Shown: piece by piece, positions 56,445 to 64,000 of the stretch | Layout: every line of letters begins with the position of its first letter | Position numbering within the stretch: position 1 is the first letter of the stretch | Assembly (NCBI GenBank): GCA_001661245.1 | Contig: KV454018.1 | Coordinates: 805,996-869,995, forward strand | Source of the DNA: Pachysolen tannophilus NRRL Y-2460 | Taxonomy: Eukaryota | DNA: 64,000 nucleotides | Reading direction: 5' to 3' | Notes under the pieces: model-generated | The model's database searches: none | Seen by the model: the letters and a program-made list of their open reading frames with translations, nothing else | Told to the model about the DNA's origin: nothing | Made by a program: the position numbers and the translations under genes

Positions 56445-57575
56445 ATGAAGTTTTCTTTTTTTGCTGCTTTCAGCGTCTTTGCGGTTATTATTGATTCGGT
56501 AGTTTCATCAAATGTAATTGAAGTTACAGATAAGGATTTTGATAAAGTTGTATTAAAATCTGGCAAACATTCTTTAGTTGAATTTTATGCTGATTGGTGT
56601 GGACATTGTAAACAAATGGCGCCAACATATGATGAGCTTGCAGATTCATTTTTCAAGACTTCAAAAGATGTTCAAATTGTGAAAATAAATGCTGATAAAA
56701 ATAGAAAAATTGGTGATAGGTATGATATTCAAGGTTTTCCAACTTTAAAATTTTTTAATAAAAAAGATGTTAAAACACCTATTGAATATGAAGGTGGTAG
56801 AGATTTAGAAAGTCTACAAAATTTTGTTACTTCTCATACTGGTGCTAGACCTTTTAAAGTTGAAAAAAAGTCAAATGTAGTTAATTATGATGATAATTCA
56901 TTTGAAAAAAATGTTATTGATGATACTTCAAAATCACATTTAGTTGCATTTACAGCATCATGGTGTGGTCATTGTAAAAAATTACATCCAGTATGGGAAC
57001 AGTTGGCGGATATTTATCAATATGATAATGATACTATTATTATTTCTGAAATATTGACAAGTGATTCACCTTCGGATATTTTGAAAAAAAAATATAATAT
57101 TGGAGGTTTCCCAACTATTTTATTTTTCTCTTCTGATGATAAGCAAAATCCAATTCCATATAAAAGTGGTAGGGATTTAGATAGTTTTATCAATTATATT
57201 AATGAAAAAACTGGAGCTGAAAGAACTTCTGATGGTAAATTAACTGATAAGGCAGGATTAATTTTAGAAATTTCAAAAGATATTAAAGGTATTGTTAATT
57301 CAAATCCTGGAAGAAAACAATTAAAAAAATTAACTAGAAATTTAGAAAATTTACAAAATCCTTCAAAAAATTATTATATTAAATTAATTGATAAGATTTT
57401 AAATGATCAAGTTGAATTTTTTGAAAAAGAATCAAATAGATTAACAAAAATTTTAGGAAAAAGTAAAGATCTTGCTCAAATAAAAGTTGATTCCATCCAG
57501 AAAAGGTTGAATATTTTAAATGAATTCTTAGATAGTGGTAATGATACTGAAAAGGAATCACACGATGAATTATAA
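56445..57575 (+). CDS. ER protein disulfide isomerase, ERp38/TigA/PDIA6 type
   Basis: Signal peptide from ATG 56445, two WCGHCK thioredoxin sites, ERp29-like helical C-domain and HDEL. Confidence 0.92.
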   Translation: MKFSFFAAFSVFAVIIDSVVSSNVIEVTDKDFDKVVLKSGKHSLVEFYADWCGHCKQMAPTYDELADSFFKTSKDVQIVKINADKNRKIGDRYDIQGFPTLKFFNKKDVKTPIEYEGGRDLESLQNFVTSHTGARPFKVEKKSNVVNYDDNSFEKNVIDDTSKSHLVAFTASWCGHCKKLHPVWEQLADIYQYDNDTIIISEILTSDSPSDILKKKYNIGGFPTILFFSSDDKQNPIPYKSGRDLDSFINYINEKTGAERTSDGKLTDKAGLILEISKDIKGIVNSNPGRKQLKKLTRNLENLQNPSKNYYIKLIDKILNDQVEFFEKESNRLTKILGKSKDLAQIKVDSIQKRLNILNEFLDSGNDTEKESHDEL

Positions 57576-57674
57576 TTAAAATAATAGCAATATATATCTA
57601 TATATATATTTATTTATAAATAGCACTAAACAAAAAATAATAAATAAATAAAATAAAATTAGTTTTTTTTTTTC

Positions 57675-58589
57675 TTACCACTTTATTGGATTACATTTTT
57701 GAACATTTCTAACTAATTGAGGAAAGACTTTACCTCCACCAAGAACAGTTTCTTCAATAATTGGTTTACAATTTTGTGGTTTACATTTAGCAAACCATAC
57801 ATATTCACCATTTTTTAAATAGATTATAACGTTTGCAGCATATTTATGACCACCAACATGATTCAAGAAATATACTGCAACACCTCCAGGTCTATCATCT
57901 CCAAAATCTCTCAAGAGACCTTTATCTCTTAAATGATGATCCATTTCACGTTTCATCAATGGTGCTGTTACACCACATTTTTTATCTCTAGTTCTATGAG
58001 AACATAAAAAAATTAAAGAATTAAATTTTGAAATTTCAATAGTTGTACCATTTGCAAGTTTTTTAGGTAATCCTATATCCAGTTCCAATTTACCTTCTTC
58101 ATTTGCCTTATATAATTGAGGAATCAATTCATCCAATACATTTTCTATATCATTAACATGACATTGTTTAATCCAAACAAAATAAGGTAATATTAATACA
58201 TCACCTTTAATAAATTTTAAACAATCTGGATCTGAATCATTTATTGGAATTGAAGTAACTGAAACATTAATATTACCACCACCTACATACTGTTCTGATT
58301 TCAGTTTTTTTGACCATTTACTAATACTATTTTGTAAAGTCCCATTATCAGCTAATGCATCATGTGGCCAATCTGTTTTCCCAGTGGAAATTAATAAATG
58401 TAACGCATATGGTTTTGCTGTTTTCCAAAGTTTATCCTGACGAACTGATTCATCTAACCGTACACTATTTGGAAACGTTGTTGAACATTCAGAAACATCA
58501 CATTCTGCAGAACATTCACTTATTGGTGCAATTTTTGAAATTTCTTCAGTTGCAGTTTCTCCCCCAAACAAATTCCTAATAAATGACAT
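57675..58589 (-). CDS. APD1: Thioredoxin-like 2Fe-2S ferredoxin Apd1
   Basis: TGKTDWPHD, ILPYFVW, LCSH.TRDKKCG and HVGGHKYAAN (2Cys-2His ligands); the 5' end abuts a gap. Confidence 0.85.
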   Translation of the reverse strand: MSFIRNLFGGETATEEISKIAPISECSAECDVSECSTTFPNSVRLDESVRQDKLWKTAKPYALHLLISTGKTDWPHDALADNGTLQNSISKWSKKLKSEQYVGGGNINVSVTSIPINDSDPDCLKFIKGDVLILPYFVWIKQCHVNDIENVLDELIPQLYKANEEGKLELDIGLPKKLANGTTIEISKFNSLIFLCSHRTRDKKCGVTAPLMKREMDHHLRDKGLLRDFGDDRPGGVAVYFLNHVGGHKYAANVIIYLKNGEYVWFAKCKPQNCKPIIEETVLGGGKVFPQLVRNVQKCNPIKW

Positions 58590-58615
58590 AATTCTTTTAA
58601 CCAAAAAAAAAAAAA

Positions 58616-59195
58616 NNNNNNNNNNNNNNNNNNNNNNNNNNNNNNNNNNNNNNNNNNNNNNNNNNNNNNNNNNNNNNNNNNNNNNNNNNNNNNNNNNNNN
58701 NNNNNNNNNNNNNNNNNNNNNNNNNNNNNNNNNNNNNNNNNNNNNNNNNNNNNNNNNNNNNNNNNNNNNNNNNNNNNNNNNNNNNNNNNNNNNNNNNNNN
58801 NNNNNNNNNNNNNNNNNNNNNNNNNNNNNNNNNNNNNNNNNNNNNNNNNNNNNNNNNNNNNNNNNNNNNNNNNNNNNNNNNNNNNNNNNNNNNNNNNNNN
58901 NNNNNNNNNNNNNNNNNNNNNNNNNNNNNNNNNNNNNNNNNNNNNNNNNNNNNNNNNNNNNNNNNNNNNNNNNNNNNNNNNNNNNNNNNNNNNNNNNNNN
59001 NNNNNNNNNNNNNNNNNNNNNNNNNNNNNNNNNNNNNNNNNNNNNNNNNNNNNNNNNNNNNNNNNNNNNNNNNNNNNNNNNNNNNNNNNNNNNNNNNNNN
59101 NNNNNNNNNNNNNNNNNNNNNNNNNNNNNNNNNNNNNNNNNNNNNNNNNNNNNNNNNNNNNNNNNNNNNNNNNNNNNNNNNNNNNNNNNNNNNNN
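58616..59195. other. Assembly gap
   Basis: Run of N. Confidence 0.99.
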
Positions 59196-59205
59196 TTTGG
59201 GGGTG

Positions 59206-59236
<31 letters not shown>

Positions 59237-59270
59237 GGGGGATTTTTTCTATTTTTTAAAGTTACTGAAT

Positions 59271-60164
59271 TTAGAAACCGAATAAGAGGGTACCAACTAA
59301 ACCAGCAGCGATAGCAGCGGTGTAAGCAGCTGAACCTTGGTTGGCCATGTTTTCGTAAGTAGCAGCAACAGTTGAAGTGGAGTTCGAAGCAGATGACGAA
59401 GCATAAGCTGCGTAAGCTGAGTAGTGAGAACTTGAATGGGTTGAAGTTGTGCCTGGGGTAACAGTGGTCAAAGTAGAAGCTGAGCTAACCAGTGTTGAGT
59501 AAACGTTGGCAGTTTCTGTAGCAGAAGTGGTAACCTCTTCATAAGTGGTTGCTTCTTCAGCAGCTTCAGCAGCTGCTGCAGTTGCAGAGCTAGCAGCAGA
59601 AGTTGAAGTAGAAGCAGTCAATGGACAGTAAGTAGTGTAGACGGTAACAACACCACTAATGGTTTCAGTAACAACAGTAACAGTTTCTGAAGCTGAAGTT
59701 GCAGCAGCAGCAACGGCTGATGTGGCTGATGAAGTGGTTGAAGTAGTTGAAGGAGATGATGAAGATGAAGAAGAAGACGATGATGATGAAGCTGCTGTGG
59801 TGACCTCAGCAGCTAATTCTGTTGTTGATGAAGCTGCAGCTGAAGAAGATGATGTGGTTGAAGTAGAAGCAGTTAATGGACAGTAGGTAGTGTAAACAGT
59901 CTCAACACCGCTAATAGTTTCAGTGACAACAGTGGTTGAAGCAGCTGATGAAGAGGATGAAGCTTCCTCGGTTGCTTCAGCAGCTAATTCGGTGGTTGAA
60001 GAAGCAGCAGATGAAGTGGTTGTAGCACAAGCATTGTCCTTACAAGAAGTGATGGTCTCCACGGTTGAAGTTAAATCTGTGGTATAATCAGTTAAAGTAC
60101 TTTCCAGAGCAACAATTGAACTAGCAGCTAATAAGACTGATGATAAAACGTAAGCGTATTTCAT
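59271..60164 (-). CDS. Ser/Thr-rich GPI-anchored cell-wall protein with flocculin-type TTYCPL repeats
   Basis: Signal peptide, TITSCKDNAC, two VVTETISGV.TVYTTYCPLTASTS repeats and a TYEN..hydrophobic GPI tail. Confidence 0.9.
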   Translation of the reverse strand: MKYAYVLSSVLLAASSIVALESTLTDYTTDLTSTVETITSCKDNACATTTSSAASSTTELAAEATEEASSSSSAASTTVVTETISGVETVYTTYCPLTASTSTTSSSSAAASSTTELAAEVTTAASSSSSSSSSSSSPSTTSTTSSATSAVAAAATSASETVTVVTETISGVVTVYTTYCPLTASTSTSAASSATAAAAEAAEEATTYEEVTTSATETANVYSTLVSSASTLTTVTPGTTSTHSSSHYSAYAAYASSSASNSTSTVAATYENMANQGSAAYTAAIAAGLVGTLLFGF

Positions 60165-62150
60165 TTTCAAAAATTTATATAATATATTAATACCTTGTGT
60201 GGGGTTGTAAATTGATAAAGAGTTGAATAGTGATAACTTTCAAAATTATAAAAAAATGAAGTTTTTCAATATAAGGATATCTTGATAAACGAATGAATCA
60301 AATAGAAAAATTTCTTTGTTTGAATTGATTATTTTAAAATAAAAAAAATTAATAAGAAAGGGGATCTTTCCAAGCTTTTATATATTATTCTCCTTTTTTA
60401 AAATAGAAATAAGGATTTGGTGAATCTTGAAAGAATTTTCAATCGAATCACATAATGCGTGTTTTGGCGCAAGTCCAAAATTTCTTCCTCAAGCTTAATA
60501 AAAAAAACCCCAAAGGCTTGAAAAAAAAAATTTTTTTTTTCTTTTCTTTATTTTAGTTATACTATTATTCACTCTGAGACCGTTGCATACCACACATTCT
60601 TTAGCCTTGCTGTAAGCCTAGATTTAAACGTAACGGAATGTTGTATTCGTTACTATACTAAGAATCTCATTACAACGCTGAAAAAAAATTCCGGAAAAAT
60701 GAAAAATTGAAAAAAAGAAGTTGAAAAAACGCCAAATTATGCATGTTTTAAGATCAACTGTAAACAAAAGCTTTTCACCTTGCATTTAAATCATGTATGT
60801 ATATGTCGGCTTAGAAACGAAAAGGTAATTGCCGAATGACAGATGTCGCCAAAGGGGGCGAAGAAAACTTAAACTAACCAAGAATGTAAAAATAAAAGAA
60901 ATACTATTACTATTTACGTAATAGATTAAGATTTTGAGATTTACACAGTATCTGTGACAATATAGCGAGACGTCAAGTTTGTACATGAAGAATCAATGAA
61001 TAAGAAAGAAAAATAAAAAAAGATTACGCGTCGATCGACTCTAAACTACGAAAAGTTCGCGTTTGTTTTCATTTGAATAATGTTTTTTTTTTTTTTAAGT
61101 TGGAGTCGAGATCCCATGTTTCTTGAATCGTGAATAAAATCGTGAATGGTGATCTTGATGCTAACCTCTATTATGTTTGTAAACATGTAAACAGTTTATA
61201 AAGAGTTGGTGTATTTGATTAGAAAAAAAAAGAAGAGAAGATAAAATGAAGTATGATGACACAGAGAGAAAGTGACATTGTGACATTAATTAGGAGACAA
61301 TTAATTGGGAGACAAAAATTGTGACATTGCGCACACTGTATGACACTAAAGAATACGCTAAGCACTTGTTTCGTCAAAGTCATACAGAGCCCAAAAGGAT
61401 AGTAATCATACAAAAAAGGATACAATCGTCATAGTTATAGTTTAAGTTTTAGTTATATCTATAGTTATAATTATAGTTATAGTTATAGTCATAGTTATAG
61501 TGATCATAAACTAAGTGACCGATCAGTGGTGGTACTTTCTATTTACGTGCTTTTTTTTTTTTTTTTTTGCTTCTGTTTTCTTCTCAAAGCCAACTCCAAT
61601 TATAGAAACAAAATGAAAATTTCCAATTCTGGTTTTACTAGTGTAGTGTGATGTAGTATAGTATAGTATAGTATAGTATAGTAAAGTGAAGTAAAGTATA
61701 GTGGTGAACTTTTTTTTTTTCCTTTGTTTTCTATTTTGTGCTTAGGAACGGATTAAATTGTAACTCAACTCCAGCATAGCCAACAATAACTATAATTAAA
61801 TCTTTTAGTGCAAAGCACTAGCTTTAGCCACTAACTTCAAGGAACTGGTCCTAATACTCGGCGCTAAAAAAAGTAGTAGCGACAAACTATCAACTTACTT
61901 ATTTAGTCTTAACTCTTTCTTACTCATCCTCATCAGTTTTTGGTTTAAAAAAATTAAATAAAATGAAAAGAAATAAAGGTAGTGTACATTTAGCTCATAG
62001 TTCTGTTTTGGACGTTTTGGTTTTATAATGCACTACGATGGTTTTTGTTTTTTGTTTACCTTTTCTTAAATTGTATTAAATCTCTGAAGCTCACAACAGA
62101 TGAGTTAATAAGAGGTTATAGATATAGATAGTATTTTCAAAATATGGGCG

Positions 62151-64000
62151 ATGGAGAGTAATAAAGATAGCTCTAAAAGACGGTCTATGATGATGGTGCT
62201 GCTGCTGCCAGGAGGGAGAAAATGCGAAGATGTACTGAAGACCTGGAATTTGGGAAAGTTGCCAGTACCCACTAAAAGTGAATCGCCTTCGTCAAATACA
62301 CCAACCAGAGTATCTTCACCTAATAAGAGTTATAATATAACTCCAACAACTAGAGAGAAAATAGAGAAGTTTGAGCATGATCAGAATGCTCGCTTACAGG
62401 AATTGCGAGAGCTGGTTGATTTGAAAAGACAGGATGTAGATAGGATGAATAGTAAGATAATGTTATTAACAACAACAAAACAAGAATTGGAATTAGAACA
62501 TGAAATCATTTATAATAAATTTTATGAAACTGCGAAACTTGCTTCAGCAAAGGGAAATGAATTGGATTCTTTACAAAATGAGCAAGAAAATAGCTTACTG
62601 AATTTACAAAAAGATTTTGAATTATCTAAAAAAGATTTACAAATAAATCATGATATTCAAATTCATACAATTACTAAAAATTTTGAAGCTAAAATTGATT
62701 CTTCAATGAAGGAAAAAATTGCTAAACTTCAACATTTAAAAAATAATTTACGTAAAGAATTGGATTCAGAAACTTTATTACTTGAAAATTTAAAATCAAA
62801 TTCTGATAAAGAATTATTAAAAATTAAAGAAAAATATGAATTGAAATTAAATGAAGTTATTAATATGATAGAATCTTCCAAAAAAACTTTAGAAGAAGAA
62901 TCAAAAGCTCTGGATGATAAGATTATTGAATTGGAATTTCAAATTAATCAATTAAATCAAGAAATTAATTTATTAGAAAAGGAAAATTCAATAATTGAAA
63001 TTGAATTGGAAAATAAAAAAAAATTATTTAATGATATTGAAATGGAAAATTCAACTTTAAATTTAAAAATTTCAAATTTACAAAAAAAATCATTAACAAA
63101 AGAAAAAGAAATTAGAGAAATTCTTGGTAATATTGATTTTTTAAATAATGATTCTATTAGAATTGAAAGACAATTATCTAAGGAAAATTATTTAAGACGT
63201 AGGTTACATAATAAATTACAAGAATTAAAAGGTAATATTCGAGTTTTCTGCAGAGTTAGACCACTGTTCAAACAAGAATTATTTGATGGAAACACAATTG
63301 AAATTGAATTTCCAAATAGTTATGATTTCTATGATCAAGAATCTATCATTTTAAAAGATCCCAAAGTTATTGATAAAATTTCACACCCTACTTACAATGG
63401 AACTTGTAAAAAATATGATTTTAAATTTGATAAAGTTTTCAGCCCATCTTGTTCCAATGGTGAAATTTACGAAGAAATATCACAGTTAGTTCAAAGTGCC
63501 ATAAATGGATATAATGTATGTATATTTGCATATGGTCAAACTGGTAGTGGTAAAACTTATACAATGTCAGAACCTAAAACAGGAATGATTCCGAGATCAT
63601 TGGAGCAAATTTTTGAAAATGTTGGAAATTTGAAACAATTAAGTGATGATGAATGGGATTTCAAAATTAAAGGACAATTTTTAGAGATTTATAATGAAAA
63701 TTTGATAGATTTAATTGGAGATAATTATAATCCAAATAAAAAACATGAAATAAGACATGATCCCATACAAATGAAGACCTCGGTAACAGATTTAACAACG
63801 GTGGAATTGAAGAACCCTGAACAAGTTTATGAATTGTTAAATAAGGCAAATAAAAATAGATCTACCGCTTCCACTAAGGCAAATGAGAGGTCTTCTAGAT
63901 CTCATTCGGTTTTCATCATAAAAATTATTGGCACAAATCTTTCTACAAATGAAAGAACTGAAGGATGTCTTAATTTAATTGATTTGGCGGGCTCAGAAAG
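62151..64000 (+). CDS. KAR3: Kinesin-14 motor Kar3 (3' partial, runs off the window; absent from the ORF track)
   Basis: Coiled coil followed by RRRLHNKLQELKGNIRVFCRVRP, FKFDKVF, FAYGQTGSGKTYTM, NERSSRSH and LNLIDLAGSE in the frame starting at ATG 62151. Confidence 0.93.
   Translation, partial: MESNKDSSKRRSMMMVLLLPGGRKCEDVLKTWNLGKLPVPTKSESPSSNTPTRVSSPNKSYNITPTTREKIEKFEHDQNARLQELRELVDLKRQDVDRMNSKIMLLTTTKQELELEHEIIYNKFYETAKLASAKGNELDSLQNEQENSLLNLQKDFELSKKDLQINHDIQIHTITKNFEAKIDSSMKEKIAKLQHLKNNLRKELDSETLLLENLKSNSDKELLKIKEKYELKLNEVINMIESSKKTLEEESKALDDKIIELEFQINQLNQEINLLEKENSIIEIELENKKKLFNDIEMENSTLNLKISNLQKKSLTKEKEIREILGNIDFLNNDSIRIERQLSKENYLRRRLHNKLQELKGNIRVFCRVRPLFKQELFDGNTIEIEFPNSYDFYDQESIILKDPKVIDKISHPTYNGTCKKYDFKFDKVFSPSCSNGEIYEEISQLVQSAINGYNVCIFAYGQTGSGKTYTMSEPKTGMIPRSLEQIFENVGNLKQLSDDEWDFKIKGQFLEIYNENLIDLIGDNYNPNKKHEIRHDPIQMKTSVTDLTTVELKNPEQVYELLNKANKNRSTASTKANERSSRSHSVFIIKIIGTNLSTNERTEGCLNLIDLAGSE

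Noticed and set aside
60200..62140. tRNA, LTR or ncRNA in the long intergenic region
   Set aside because: No cloverleaf with A/B boxes and no TG...CA direct repeats seen; only microsatellite-like (TATAGT)n and (TATAG)n runs
775..63849. Numerous 60-130 aa antisense or alternate-frame ORFs in the track
   Set aside because: They overlap well-supported genes or low-complexity AT tracts, often start at TTG/GTG and show no motifs

Overview
AT-rich budding-yeast (Saccharomycotina) genomic DNA with about 29 protein-coding genes, short spliceosomal introns and two assembly gaps. No tRNA, rRNA, CRISPR array or transposon was recognised. CTG codons fall at positions that are Ala in homologs, so the CUG-Ala genetic code is likely (Pachysolen tannophilus-like, an inference). 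The supplied ORF track therefore mistranslates CTG, uses false TTG/GTG starts, and misses six introns and the KAR3 gene that runs off the right end. Gene order: UTP23, UGA4-like permease, PRB1, SEH1, orphan, GEP7, RAD6, PKP2, HPC2, YBP1, ATG12, MPM1, VPS55, SSC1, LRR protein, hydantoinase-DUF917 fusion, OXP1, orphan, ketopantoate-reductase-like, NUP57, complex I NDUFA8, IFRD-like, GH3 beta-glucosidase, NCS1 permease, PHO4, Asn/Ser-rich protein, SNA3-like, ERp38-type PDI, APD1, GPI wall protein, KAR3. Most notable: (1) spliced ATG12 ends in ...VAFR, lacking the conjugating C-terminal Gly, which suggests a non-covalent Atg12-Atg5 system; (2) a possible cyclic-amide catabolic cluster (hydantoinase-DUF917 plus OXP1, reductase and NCS1) with shared GCCGC promoter motifs; (3) a dense array of 18 TGACA/TGTCA motifs upstream of the PDI gene, with a second smaller array. 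Homolog comparisons are from memory of the families, not from database searches.
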